The notes under the pieces were generated by a model. The model did not search any database and was not told the DNA's origin. It worked only from the letters and a program-made list of their open reading frames with translations. From the IMG/VR virus record IMGVR_UViG_3300005731_000047, positions 1-39,264 of that record: a DNA stretch of 39,264 nt; one strand, 5' to 3'. Below are positions 25,122 through 34,635 of the stretch, piece after piece. The position numbers were made by a program, and so were the translations under genes. The first letter of the stretch is position 1. Every line of letters starts with the position of its first letter. This DNA comes from a virus. Its lineage: Duplodnaviria > Caudoviricetes.

Positions 25122-25366
25122 TCTTCGCCCTCCGGTGGGGTGGTTAGTGACATCCAGTGGGTGGGGTTTTCGTACCCCTCCCGCCACGCACCATCCCAGT
25201 AGCAGAACTCCCAGCCTTTCCATGAGTTTTCATTCCAAAAGGCGACAACGGGGCGCTTAACGTCAACTTTGTCATCACCCATCGGCTCTTCGGTGGTTTT
25301 ACCGCCACCAAGAATCACCCAAGTCCCATCCTTCGGCGCGGTCTCTATCGGTTGCCAGTCCATCAT
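25118..25366 (-). CDS. DUF551-family protein
   Basis: WQPIETAPKDGT...PTHWM. Confidence 0.82.
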   Translation of the reverse strand: MMDWQPIETAPKDGTWVILGGGKTTEEPMGDDKVDVKRPVVAFWNENSWKGWEFCYWDGAWREGYENPTHWMSLTTPPEGEE

Positions 25367-25602
25367 GAGCAAATCGCCTCGTAGGTTTCGTTATGAACCA
25401 CTACATCACGTAGGTGCTTGCGGTCGTTTTCCAGAAGATAATCAACCACGCGCTCGCCATCAAAAAGCATAGGCGAAGAAATAAGGCAATAATTACTTGT
25501 CGGAGGTTTTGCGCACCCAGCGGTTAGCAGAGTCGCGCAGATCGTCATCGCCCCGAGCGTCAACGCTCTCGCGGGCTTTTTTTGCAATGTAGACATCATC
25601 AA
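25363..25602 (-). CDS. Rz1-like outer-membrane lipoprotein (o-spanin); start uncertain
   Basis: Lipobox LLTAGC; overlaps the 3' end of the Rz-like gene; V..HNE...AIC tail. Confidence 0.7.
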   Translation of the reverse strand: MMMSTLQKKPARALTLGAMTICATLLTAGCAKPPTSNYCLISSPMLFDGERVVDYLLENDRKHLRDVVVHNETYEAICS

Positions 25603-25744
25603 GAATCTCCTCGTTCATGTCGTTTTCAACGGCCTCTCGGCCTCTGCGGTTGCCCATAACATAGCCAACCACCCCCAAGATAGGCAAGAGGATGGCTAGA
25701 AAGGCAATTGCGCTTGTTTTGATTTTGGACCAAATAGAGAACAT
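25493..25744 (-). CDS. Rz-like inner-membrane spanin
   Basis: N-terminal TM then charged helix, downstream of the endolysin. Confidence 0.7.
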   Translation of the reverse strand: MFSIWSKIKTSAIAFLAILLPILGVVGYVMGNRRGREAVENDMNEEILDDVYIAKKARESVDARGDDDLRDSANRWVRKTSDK

Positions 25745-25818
25745 TAGTAATCCCACAGAAGAGCGGTGAAGGCCAAGCCGAGAATAACGGCCATGATAAT
25801 CCAGATAATGCTAGGCAT
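25744..25818 (-). CDS. 24-aa TM peptide MPSIIWIIMAVILGLAFTALLWDY
   Basis: Stop overlaps the spanin ATG (TAATG); lies within the lysis cassette. Confidence 0.45.
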   Translation of the reverse strand: MPSIIWIIMAVILGLAFTALLWDY

Positions 25819-25897
25819 TGCTTAACCATCCGATAACAAGCGTAGAAACGCAAAGGAATATGACATATTTATGCTTTACCTGAAGGCGGTTATACCA

Positions 25898-25914
25898 TGT
25901 GGTAAATTGTCTCA
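25898..25914. promoter_or_regulatory. 17-bp box TGTGGTA-AAT-TGTCTCA at the end of the endolysin gene
   Basis: Matches the recurring palindromic motif. Confidence 0.4.
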
Positions 25915-26592
25915 CCCATTCCATTCTTTTACCTTATCTTTAGAGATAAGAATGAACGCCAGAGCAACAACGACGATTCCGCCAACCAATAGAAGCTGGG
26001 CGTTTTCCCCCAAGCTATCTGCAAATCGGCTTAGAAGCGTTGCGCCTGTTCCGGTCAAGCCAACCCCAACATTACGAAGCGTCTTAGATTGCGTCTTGCT
26101 GCGCTCTGGGTCTGCTTGGGGTGTGACCTCTGCAGCGGTATCAGTGAGAAATAGGACTTTCTCAGCGGCCCGCCTGCGGACCAAACCATTAAGCTTCTTG
26201 CCGCCCGCCTTGTTAAACCATGTTAGGGCTTCAGCGGCCCCCACAATGTCCCGAGCGTTGAAGCGCTTAAGGCATGTGGACTTAGCAAAAGCGCCGACCC
26301 CGATGTTGTAGGCTAGGGAAGTCATCGCGCCAAATTGGTTTTCGGTGGGGGTATATTCGCAATACTTCAGGACATCGTCGCCGTATCGCTGTAGGCCCTC
26401 GCGCAACATATCCTCCGCCATGCCTTCGGTCCACACATCACCCTCTTTAACTCCAGGCCCAAAGCTTGCACGCTCAGAGTAACCATAGCCTATCGTCCAG
26501 ACCCCAATTGGATCACGGTAGGCTTTTAGCTCTAACCCCTCGAACTGCTTAACAAGGTCAATTGTTGCTCTGTTGATTTTCACGTTAGACAT
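25912..26592 (-). CDS. GH24 lysozyme endolysin with C-terminal hydrophobic segments
   Basis: FEGLELKAYRDPIGVWTIGYG (E-D-T triad), NQFGA..SLAYNIG, GLVRRRAAE. Confidence 0.93.
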   Translation of the reverse strand: MSNVKINRATIDLVKQFEGLELKAYRDPIGVWTIGYGYSERASFGPGVKEGDVWTEGMAEDMLREGLQRYGDDVLKYCEYTPTENQFGAMTSLAYNIGVGAFAKSTCLKRFNARDIVGAAEALTWFNKAGGKKLNGLVRRRAAEKVLFLTDTAAEVTPQADPERSKTQSKTLRNVGVGLTGTGATLLSRFADSLGENAQLLLVGGIVVVALAFILISKDKVKEWNG

Positions 26593-26636
26593 AAATCACC
26601 TCTTTCGCCCAACCTATAAGGAATAATGAGGAAAAT

Positions 26637-26921
26637 CTACCCCTGACGGGTGAGGAGCGTCTTAATGTCGCTTTGCAATTCCTTGAATTGGTCGTTCATG
26701 TTATCCTCTAAGCGATCAAGACGCTGATCAACGCGCCCCTCGCTATCACGAATTTGCCCCTCGAGACGCGCAATCTCTGCCTTTCGGTCCTCCTTCTCGG
26801 ACTCAATATCTTTTGAGTTGGTTCTGGCCCGCCATCTAAGCTCACCATAACCAATAGCAGCGCCAATAATAGCGCTGATACTAAGCCCCCATTCCCTTAG
26901 GAGTTGTTCCGGCATAACCAT
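26637..26921 (-). CDS. Holin-like membrane protein (one TM plus coiled coil)
   Basis: N-terminal TM; directly upstream of the endolysin. Confidence 0.55.
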   Translation of the reverse strand: MVMPEQLLREWGLSISAIIGAAIGYGELRWRARTNSKDIESEKEDRKAEIARLEGQIRDSEGRVDQRLDRLEDNMNDQFKELQSDIKTLLTRQG

Positions 26922-26927
26922 TAGCCC

Positions 26928-27212
26928 TTATGCGTGGTCTACGTAGACCGTTGTAGGTTCTGCGCTACAAGGCTTTGCCCAGACGCGATCAGCGCCGGAG
27001 AGGTTGGTTAGGTCTCCGATTGCAGCGTCAAGCTCACCCGTAAGCTCTGGATAGTGCATCCCATTCTCTTCGGTTGGTGTTGTTGTATCGGCTGTGAACC
27101 GAATGAACGCCTGACCGCGTAGAACCTGAAAAGTGATGGACGTCGCGTCAGCATTGGTTAGCTGCGTCCATTCACCATCGGTTAGGTTAATTGATTGTTG
27201 ATCTTGTGCCAT
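26928..27212 (-). CDS. Hypothetical virion-associated protein
   Basis: Follows the tail fibre; beta-sandwich-like composition. Confidence 0.6.
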   Translation of the reverse strand: MAQDQQSINLTDGEWTQLTNADATSITFQVLRGQAFIRFTADTTTPTEENGMHYPELTGELDAAIGDLTNLSGADRVWAKPCSAEPTTVYVDHA

Positions 27213-27227
27213 AGTTTGCCTCTTTTG

Positions 27228-28169
27228 TTACCTTAGCTCTGCCCAAATGTCGATTGATCCGCCATTCATCCTGTAGTAGTGATTATCTGGGACGATTACC
27301 TGCCCGCCGTTCTGGTAGGCACCAGCAAGACCAGTTCGGCAAACATCAATCCAAGTTGCGTTATCAGTGCTAACCTGAATTTCTCTCACAGCGCTAGATG
27401 TAGCAACGTGGATTGATACAACAATAGGCTTTCCTGTGGTGTTTTGGTAGCTTGTGCTTACGGCTCTTGAGCCGCTTACGTCCTGCCATGTTTGACCAAC
27501 GCCCAAATCCTGATTGTCAGTATATGCTTTAATGCTCTGCTGCGTGGCTAGCTTGGTTGCGCTGTCTGAGGACATATCATCCTCGTCCAGAACCTCGTAA
27601 CCATCAACCAAATCGCCGTCACTATTCCATTTGGCGGTGTAATTGTTTGTGCCAGCCGTTCCGGTAACGATAGAAGCATCAGAGCCGCTAAATGCACGCC
27701 CCCTCGCCCCGTCAGTGTAGAACGTAGAGCCATCGCAAACAATGCGGGCTGTTGACCCGTCATTAATCGTTAGCGTAGACGCCCCGTCAATAGTTTCTGA
27801 GCCATCAGGGTCAACAGTAACATCGCCGCCGTCCGCGATGACATGAATAAACCAACCATCGGTCAGTGTCGCTGCTGCGGTTAGATCAAGAGTCAAAGCC
27901 GCCGTGCATCGGATTGTCTTAGAGCGATCCCCTAGAAGGGCGGTATAGCCGGCGGACTTGGCTAGAACCTTACCGTCAACCTCTAGGTTATCCCGAGCCG
28001 CTGTGGCGGTAGTCGCGCCCGTGCCACCCGCAACAACAGGGCGAGCGGTGTTCATATCCGTCTGTAGGTCTTCGAAAGGTCCGTTATGCTGTGTGGCTTC
28101 GATTGTCTGCCCAGTGGTGGCTAGGTAGCCTGCTGGGAGAGTATATGTGCCTGATCCGTCGCGCGACAT
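27228..28169 (-). CDS. Tail fibre / adaptor fibre
   Basis: MSRDGSGTYTLP anchor, GGTGATTATAARDNL, GVGQTWQDVSGSR...YQNTTGKPI C-terminal module. Confidence 0.85.
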   Translation of the reverse strand: MSRDGSGTYTLPAGYLATTGQTIEATQHNGPFEDLQTDMNTARPVVAGGTGATTATAARDNLEVDGKVLAKSAGYTALLGDRSKTIRCTAALTLDLTAAATLTDGWFIHVIADGGDVTVDPDGSETIDGASTLTINDGSTARIVCDGSTFYTDGARGRAFSGSDASIVTGTAGTNNYTAKWNSDGDLVDGYEVLDEDDMSSDSATKLATQQSIKAYTDNQDLGVGQTWQDVSGSRAVSTSYQNTTGKPIVVSIHVATSSAVREIQVSTDNATWIDVCRTGLAGAYQNGGQVIVPDNHYYRMNGGSIDIWAELR

Positions 28170-28232
28170 ATTAACGCACCCCTTTTATTTGGTTGCATGA
28201 TGTATATATTAAGGTCATGACAGAAGTAATAA

Positions 28233-29798
28233 TCATTGCTGCGGTCCTCCTGCTTGCTGTGCTAGCAGCGTTGAAATCGCCTGAATCCTAGACGGGCTTG
28301 CCTGCGAGGTCTGCTTGACGCCGCCCGACCTGATTAGGCGCTGCAATTCACGCACAAGTCTATCATCCATGACGCCGCCCGCCGTTTTTGCTGCTTGTCC
28401 AGCAATCATGGGGGCCAATAGCCACGGTTGATCCAGCGCCATAGCGCCCGCAAGCTGGCCTAATCCCGCCGTAGCCTGTAGGTTTCCAGTTGTGGGGGCG
28501 AACCTAGACGCTATACGCATGGCGTTTCTTGGCGTATTCCCCTTAACAATATCATTCATTGCGCTAACTTCGTCAGGCGTAAAGCCTTTGAGGAGTTTAT
28601 CGTTGTTCAGTATTGAATCGACCCGCTGCCTCACTGTGTTCATAATATTTCCGCCAGTACCTGAGCGGCTAGCCTGACGCTCAGCGCGATCAAGGTTGCG
28701 CTCTAGAAGCTCTGATTTTTTAATCTTCTGCGTGCTAGAACGACCTTCACGCAAAGCAGCCACAACGTCTGAGATGTCATCAGAGGCCCCGCCAGCAAGT
28801 GATTTCGCAGAGAGTCCGCTCATATACGAGTCAACCTCCCCTTGAAGCATCTTACCAATCCTAGCCTCCGCAGAATCCGCAGACGCCGCAACATTATCGC
28901 GAATAAATCTGCGAATATCCTCTAGGTCAGCAATTGATAAATCGCCCTCTTTAAGCCAATTGCGCACCTCCTCAACGGCACCAGAGGCTTTCGGGTGTAG
29001 TCTGTCAGACATTCTTACCTTAGCGGCCACCCCATCGAGTTGCGACATTAGGTCTTGAGCCGCATCCTGCCGAACTACAACAGGGGAGCTATCAACAACG
29101 CCATAAGCTTGCGATTGCGTCCTGCGAAGGTCGTCCATTGATGGCGCGTCTGGGCGTATTCTTGGGGATGCCAGCCCGCCCGCAGTAAGGCCACCCGCCA
29201 AAGCCCCCGCGACTTCGGCAATTGCGCTATCCGGCGCAACCTCCTGCGCTAGAGCCGCACCAGCGCCCGCGCCAACATCTGAAGCAACATCAGCGGCCGC
29301 AACCTTCGGAAACATTTGAATGGCCTGGGTTCCAAGTTCACCAATATATCCAGGCGCTCTCGCCATCGCGGCTGGTGCAGCAGCAATCAAAGGAGCGCCC
29401 GCGCCAACCTCTTCGCCAATACGCCGCGCAAATCGCTGTGGACCTGTTTGTGGCGGTGCGTCGCTGATGAATGGGGATAGCACGCCCTCAAGTGACTTGG
29501 ATCCGCCGATTGGGTCTGTAATCTCTGGGACATCAAATCCAGTGACCTTTTCAACTCCCCTACCCAAAAGGTTAACGCCAGAAGTCATTAGATCAACGGG
29601 AGCGCCGAAGGTTCTAGCTAGGCCGATATTGGTGCCAGTTCCGAGCTGGTCTAAGACGGAGGTTTGGGGCGGTGTTGATTGGGGCGCCGAATCACGCCGA
29701 GTTAGCGCAATCTGAGCCACCCTCTTAGCATCTTCAACCCTACCTGCTGCGTGCAATTCTCTGGATTGCAACATTAACTCTTCATACGTCGCTGCCAT
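28233..29798 (-). CDS. Internal virion / DNA ejection protein
   Basis: Ala/Gly-rich helical protein in the ejection-gene position of podoviruses. Confidence 0.7.
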   Translation of the reverse strand: MAATYEELMLQSRELHAAGRVEDAKRVAQIALTRRDSAPQSTPPQTSVLDQLGTGTNIGLARTFGAPVDLMTSGVNLLGRGVEKVTGFDVPEITDPIGGSKSLEGVLSPFISDAPPQTGPQRFARRIGEEVGAGAPLIAAAPAAMARAPGYIGELGTQAIQMFPKVAAADVASDVGAGAGAALAQEVAPDSAIAEVAGALAGGLTAGGLASPRIRPDAPSMDDLRRTQSQAYGVVDSSPVVVRQDAAQDLMSQLDGVAAKVRMSDRLHPKASGAVEEVRNWLKEGDLSIADLEDIRRFIRDNVAASADSAEARIGKMLQGEVDSYMSGLSAKSLAGGASDDISDVVAALREGRSSTQKIKKSELLERNLDRAERQASRSGTGGNIMNTVRQRVDSILNNDKLLKGFTPDEVSAMNDIVKGNTPRNAMRIASRFAPTTGNLQATAGLGQLAGAMALDQPWLLAPMIAGQAAKTAGGVMDDRLVRELQRLIRSGGVKQTSQASPSRIQAISTLLAQQAGGPQQ

Positions 29799-30469
29799 TA
29801 TTCAAGGCCCAACTGTTTTAGAAAATCTTCATCGCTAACCTGACGCTTGGGGACTAATTGATCTATATCAATATTAGCGGCTGTCAATTTTGGCTCAACA
29901 AGGTTTGTCATCATGCCGCGAACATGATCAAGATTTCCCAATAGGCGCTCCTCAACAACAGGGCCACCAAAGAACTCAACAACATGTGACGACACTTTTG
30001 CGGGGTCGATTAGAATCTGGTTCATAAGGTCCAAGTCTGGCCCGTTCAAAACACCCAGGTTAAAAAGCTCCTTCATTTGCATCTGAAGATTGCGATGGGC
30101 GGTTGATAGCCTATCCTTGCGCTCGTCAGGGAATATCGGAACGTCGCCAGACTGCAAATCGGACTTATAGGCGTCCATGTTCTTCATCAGTGTCCGGTAA
30201 GAGAACGCCGCGTCCTGAATGCCCTTCTCCTGACTTGAGCTAAAATCATCCGGCCCAATACCCGCAAGGTCTGCAACTCGCTTGGGCTGCTCCGCTGGCT
30301 GTGGCGGCATGAGATCCTGCGGCATTGGCCCGCTAAACTGAGGAAGCGCGGCGGGCTGCATACGGCGCTCCTCGCGACGTGGGCGCAGAGCGTCACCCAC
30401 CGCAGACAATCCATCGCCAACTTGCTGACGACTGTTTAAACTTTGTGCGATATTATTATAAAGTGCCAT
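29798..30469 (-). CDS. Internal virion / ejection protein
   Basis: KELFNLGVLNGPD motif; position between pilot and large ejection protein. Confidence 0.65.
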   Translation of the reverse strand: MALYNNIAQSLNSRQQVGDGLSAVGDALRPRREERRMQPAALPQFSGPMPQDLMPPQPAEQPKRVADLAGIGPDDFSSSQEKGIQDAAFSYRTLMKNMDAYKSDLQSGDVPIFPDERKDRLSTAHRNLQMQMKELFNLGVLNGPDLDLMNQILIDPAKVSSHVVEFFGGPVVEERLLGNLDHVRGMMTNLVEPKLTAANIDIDQLVPKRQVSDEDFLKQLGLE

Positions 30470-30470
30470 A

Positions 30471-31190
30471 TTAGACTCCCAATCCAAACAAACCACCAAG
30501 AGACGAAAGTAACCCTTGGCGCTGCTTCATTTGCTGGTCATATACGTCAACCTGTCGATTATAATTATCCCCAATCAACCCACCAACATCAACGGTAGGG
30601 ACGCGCGAAGGCTGAGAGAACCCAAAGTTAGGCGCTGCTCCCGATTGCGCTCCGAGTAGCGCTGAAATCTGCTGAATAGGTGCCATTTGCTCATTAATGG
30701 CCTGACCGCGCCCCGTAAGTAGAAGCTGGTTATATGCGTCATTCTGGCGTTGATTAAACGCGCCCTGCTCCGCTTCCCATGCTGCCGAACCTGGCTGCAA
30801 CCCGCGATCTGCAAGGCTCTGAGTGAGGCGGTTACGCTCCTGCTCTAGGATTGGGTCAAGGCGTTGGCGACCCATATCCATTAGGCGCTGGTCAACATCG
30901 CCACCCTGCCCAAGACCGCCCACAAGGTCGCCAATATGCCCTGTGATGCCCTGAAGCTCTGGCGCTAACTCCATATTAGCCGAGAATTGTGGAATGTCGT
31001 ATGTCTGCCCTGTGTAGGGATCCGTAATGGTTTGCATTCCGGTTTGATCGTAAGACACGGAACCCATAGGGCCTGTCTGCCCCGTTTGCCCCATAAGGGT
31101 GTTGGCAATGGCAGTGGAAATATTAGTTCCAGTTGCCGCCGCTGCGGTTTCTTGTGGGTCTGGTGGTGTAGGGGCTTGTGGCTTACCCAT
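30471..31190 (-). CDS. DNA transfer / pilot protein
   Basis: MGKPQAPTPPDP..TAAA.TGTN, Q-rich body, Gly-rich hydrophobic C-terminus. Confidence 0.7.
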   Translation of the reverse strand: MGKPQAPTPPDPQETAAAATGTNISTAIANTLMGQTGQTGPMGSVSYDQTGMQTITDPYTGQTYDIPQFSANMELAPELQGITGHIGDLVGGLGQGGDVDQRLMDMGRQRLDPILEQERNRLTQSLADRGLQPGSAAWEAEQGAFNQRQNDAYNQLLLTGRGQAINEQMAPIQQISALLGAQSGAAPNFGFSQPSRVPTVDVGGLIGDNYNRQVDVYDQQMKQRQGLLSSLGGLFGLGV

Positions 31191-31205
31191 GACGTACTCT
31201 CTCTG

Positions 31206-31709
31206 TTACAGATTACTAGAGTGCGCCATGCAGCCAGCATGTGTCACTGTAGCAATATTATTACCGTTTTTCAAGAAGGCCTTAGTAAAGCGGCCACCCC
31301 GCCAAGATTCTTCTCTCAAAACGCAAATCATCTCCGCCTCTTCCCTGCCACGAAGTCGCGGGACTCTTGTTATCTCATACCCATAGGCCCGCGCAATGCG
31401 TAACATACGGTCATTATTTTCAGACACTTGAAGCACAATTGCCTGACATCCAATCTCAAACGGGTAGGCGTGCATCCTATAAAGCGTCTCTTTGTCCAAC
31501 CACGGCCCGTCAGCCGCTGCTGACATGCAGATAGTTCCGTTCTCCGGCGCCCAATCGTGATAGACAACAGCCGCTATGAGTTTTGGCTTGTATATACCTA
31601 GAGAAACCGTGTTGATTACATCCCACCCCCTATCGTAGCCTAGCTTTTTCTGTAGAAATTCACAGTGTAGCTTGTGAAGCTGCGAGTCGGATGGTGAAAA
31701 GTGTATCAA
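31206..31709 (-). CDS. GNAT-fold acetyltransferase-like tail-module protein
   Basis: AAVVYHDW, M.AYPF, VSENN, G..E..L.. pattern; conserved position after the tail hub. Confidence 0.75.
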   Translation of the reverse strand: MIHFSPSDSQLHKLHCEFLQKKLGYDRGWDVINTVSLGIYKPKLIAAVVYHDWAPENGTICMSAAADGPWLDKETLYRMHAYPFEIGCQAIVLQVSENNDRMLRIARAYGYEITRVPRLRGREEAEMICVLREESWRGGRFTKAFLKNGNNIATVTHAGCMAHSSNL

Positions 31710-33256
31710 ATTATTCCGCCTTCCTGATAGACTAAATCCATTGATATAAGCTCTAAGTCCGGTTCCGTTGACCTATTGGACGGAATCCGAACCGCTGGAG
31801 CTAAAGCCGTGCCGATAGAGGTCACGCCCTGCCACTCAGAAACAGAAACCTTAGTGCTAGAACCTGCCCAAACATCAGCACCCCAAACGGCAGTACCCCA
31901 AACAGCGTCAGTTTCGGTAGCATTCGGCACAACGGTTGGGATGTTGTCTGGGGTTTCGTAATCAGCAAAGCACGCAATCCCCATATTGTATGAAGAAGAC
32001 GCGCGTCCCCTAAATCTAGCGTGAACGGCCATTTTCTGATTAAGCGTCGTTTCTGCGTATTTAGGTTGCCAAATGCCCGCATATTCTGCGGTCTGGTCTG
32101 ACCCCGTATCCTCCGCCTGCCAAATAGTTGCATCTTCTTGGCCGAAATACAGTGTATCATTGTAAATGGTGCTACATTGCACATCCCACCCCGTAAAGCG
32201 ACACCATGCACCCGTCCGAGCGTTAGCCACAAAACAAGCATCTGTACCGGCAACCGCGTTAGGCGCTCCAATCATTAGCATTGACTGGGAATGCCAAAGC
32301 GTCACAGTAAAGGGAAACGATGCTGACCTATTGGTGATAGCATCTCTCCATGCGTCCTCAATTGGGTATGTGATAGCAACCGCCTGTAAAGCGGCCTTAT
32401 CCTTGCGAAGCGCCTCTGAAAGCGGAATAATCCCGTCTTCTGTGAGAATGGCTAGATCGCCGCCCGCCTTAAAGTGTGCATTCTTTCCTAGCGGCACGCC
32501 AATGCGATAAACGCCCTGAAGCGCGAAGTTAGAACCAGGATCAGACCCCGTATAAACCGCAATTTCACCCTCAGTCGTTACAAATACGCAAACATCATCT
32601 AAGCCCTCGCCACTATCAAGCGACCATGTAGCCCCAAACAGAAGGCTGCCGCCAAGAGAGAATATACCACGCAACGGGAACTCAGTTGCTGCGCCGGAAA
32701 TGGCGCTAGAGGCTAGATACCACGCGGACTGTGTGTCCTTTTCAATGAAAAAGAGCCGGTCCTTAAATGCCCACGTATGGGAAAGGGTCGATGATGTCAC
32801 GCCCGTAATGCTCGGGGTGGACCATGAAGACCCGTCGTAATTCCGAACACTATCAGCACCATTGGCTAGAACAAGGTAATCACCGCCCGAATTAGAGAAC
32901 GGAACCACTGTCCAATCACCGTTGCTAAGGGATGAAACCGCCGCCGATGGGGATACATCAACATCAGCCGGAGATGTGATTTCGTAAATATCAGACGCAG
33001 ACGCTGCAAACAGCTTTTCAGCGCTGCCCGCCTTATAGCTGAATATAGACTTGCAAGCAGCAGCGATTGTGGCTTGCTTGGAGCGCCCCTTGCGAAGCCT
33101 TGCCCCTTGTGCTGTCGGAAAGATGTTATCAAGCACCTCTGCCCCGCCTGCGGTGGCCTGAGCTAGTGCCTCGTTCTTAATCCACCCCTTTACGGGCGCG
33201 GTATACTTAGCAATGCTGCTCTTGGGACGTTTAGCGGTAAGGCGGTTAAAATACAT
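31706..33256 (-). CDS. Tail hub / packaged-DNA stabilisation protein (P22 gp10-like)
   Basis: APVKGW, LDNIFPT, RLFFIEK..SAWYL, EIAVY.GSDP, TGAWCRFTGW beta-propeller-like motifs. Confidence 0.8.
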   Translation of the reverse strand: MYFNRLTAKRPKSSIAKYTAPVKGWIKNEALAQATAGGAEVLDNIFPTAQGARLRKGRSKQATIAAACKSIFSYKAGSAEKLFAASASDIYEITSPADVDVSPSAAVSSLSNGDWTVVPFSNSGGDYLVLANGADSVRNYDGSSWSTPSITGVTSSTLSHTWAFKDRLFFIEKDTQSAWYLASSAISGAATEFPLRGIFSLGGSLLFGATWSLDSGEGLDDVCVFVTTEGEIAVYTGSDPGSNFALQGVYRIGVPLGKNAHFKAGGDLAILTEDGIIPLSEALRKDKAALQAVAITYPIEDAWRDAITNRSASFPFTVTLWHSQSMLMIGAPNAVAGTDACFVANARTGAWCRFTGWDVQCSTIYNDTLYFGQEDATIWQAEDTGSDQTAEYAGIWQPKYAETTLNQKMAVHARFRGRASSSYNMGIACFADYETPDNIPTVVPNATETDAVWGTAVWGADVWAGSSTKVSVSEWQGVTSIGTALAPAVRIPSNRSTEPDLELISMDLVYQEGGII

Positions 33257-33265
33257 AACGCCTCC

Positions 33266-33994
33266 TTAAGACGATGGGATAACATCAGGTACAGGGTGAC
33301 GCATAGGGTGGCGGTAGTCGCCATTGCTACCAAAGATAATGCGCTGCGGTCCGCGCTGCCTGTTTGCCTGCGTAGCAATCCAAGCTTCATATTCTGCGTA
33401 GATGTCCTCAAACTGCAACCCCTTACGCTTACGGAAGCGCCAGATAGTGCCAAGCTCTAGGATTCTGCGGGGGTATAGCACAACGTCTCCAGCATCAGTG
33501 AAGGTGTTACCCTCAGCGCCGGCCGACGTGGCTTTCCATACGTTAGAAATGTAAGAAACGGTCACTGTGGAGCCGCTTTCCAGTGTTGGATAAAAGGAAA
33601 TGGTGAAATTGCCCTCATATCCTTCAATTTTGTAAAATCGAGCGCCGCCGCCCGTTCCAATCTCGTTGATGTGGGTCCACTCGCCATCCGACGCCACAGG
33701 AATACCCCTGCGCCGCGTTGTTCCGGTCTCATACACAGCATCATCTGTGTTGGCTAATCGGACAAAGTTAGAAGGTAGGGAATGGGACACTGTAGCCCCA
33801 TCACCCGTAATTGTCGTTTGCTTACCAATTGGCGAAGACCAATCAATACGCTTCTGAAGCTCGTCAACGGTTTCAAGCAGGAAGTCGTCCCGCAACTCCA
33901 CAGCCGCCGTGGCGGTAGCTGTAAGCCACGAAGAAGGCTCGTTAACGCTGCATTGACGTGCAGCCCGCTTTAAAACATTGACAACGGTAGTCAT
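33266..33994 (-). CDS. Head-tail adaptor / tail tubular protein A-like
   Basis: Position; LP..F.R and LG..WRFR..KGL motifs. Confidence 0.72.
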   Translation of the reverse strand: MTTVVNVLKRAARQCSVNEPSSWLTATATAAVELRDDFLLETVDELQKRIDWSSPIGKQTTITGDGATVSHSLPSNFVRLANTDDAVYETGTTRRRGIPVASDGEWTHINEIGTGGGARFYKIEGYEGNFTISFYPTLESGSTVTVSYISNVWKATSAGAEGNTFTDAGDVVLYPRRILELGTIWRFRKRKGLQFEDIYAEYEAWIATQANRQRGPQRIIFGSNGDYRHPMRHPVPDVIPSS

Positions 33995-34566
33995 TACGCA
34001 GCCTCAGCTTTCTTTGGGCGTCCTCGCTTAGGCATTGATGCCTCTTGCAACTCCGCGATAACGGCAAGCGCCGCTTCTAGCTTCTCGTTAGTTTCCGCTA
34101 GTTGCTCTGCCATCTCGTTAGCGCCCTTGCCGCCTACATACAAGTTGGCCTGCTCACGCAAGCGGCGAACGTCAGGAAGCTTAACGCGCCCCATTGCTGC
34201 GTCGGTGATGGTTGAAAGCTCCTCTACGGTGCGAATGCCCGCTTTCTTAAGCTCACGAGCCTGTGAGTCGTTTACGCCAGCCCATGCGGCCAATGCGGTG
34301 CCTTCCTCTGGGATTTCCTCACCCTTAAGCCATGCATTGTAATGCGGGCCAACAACTGACCACATAGCCTCCAAATGAAAGCGACGGTCACCTGCATTAG
34401 GGGCTTTTGAGCCGCCATCGACCTCTTTTAGGTTTTTGGGGTCAATATGATCTACGCGGTGCCACGTCTGAGACGTTTGAACCGAATGGGCGGGGGCAAT
34501 CAAAACCCAATCAAGGGGCTTATCTTTGCGGAATGTACGAGAAAATTCTAGAACGCGAATGTCCAT
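33994..34566 (-). CDS. Conserved head-module hypothetical protein
   Basis: GTALAAW, GIRTVEELS, C-terminal KRGRPKK. Confidence 0.7.
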   Translation of the reverse strand: MDIRVLEFSRTFRKDKPLDWVLIAPAHSVQTSQTWHRVDHIDPKNLKEVDGGSKAPNAGDRRFHLEAMWSVVGPHYNAWLKGEEIPEEGTALAAWAGVNDSQARELKKAGIRTVEELSTITDAAMGRVKLPDVRRLREQANLYVGGKGANEMAEQLAETNEKLEAALAVIAELQEASMPKRGRPKKAEAA

Positions 34567-34595
34567 TGTGGAGTCCGTTTGTTAGATATGGGGGA

Positions 34596-34616
34596 AGGGG
34601 GCCATTACAGCCCCCT
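34596..34616 (-). terminator. GC hairpin downstream of the capsid genes
   Basis: AGGGGGC-N7-GCCCCCT; U-tract weak. Confidence 0.45.
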
Positions 34617-34635
34617 AAGTTCTTTTATGTTCTAC

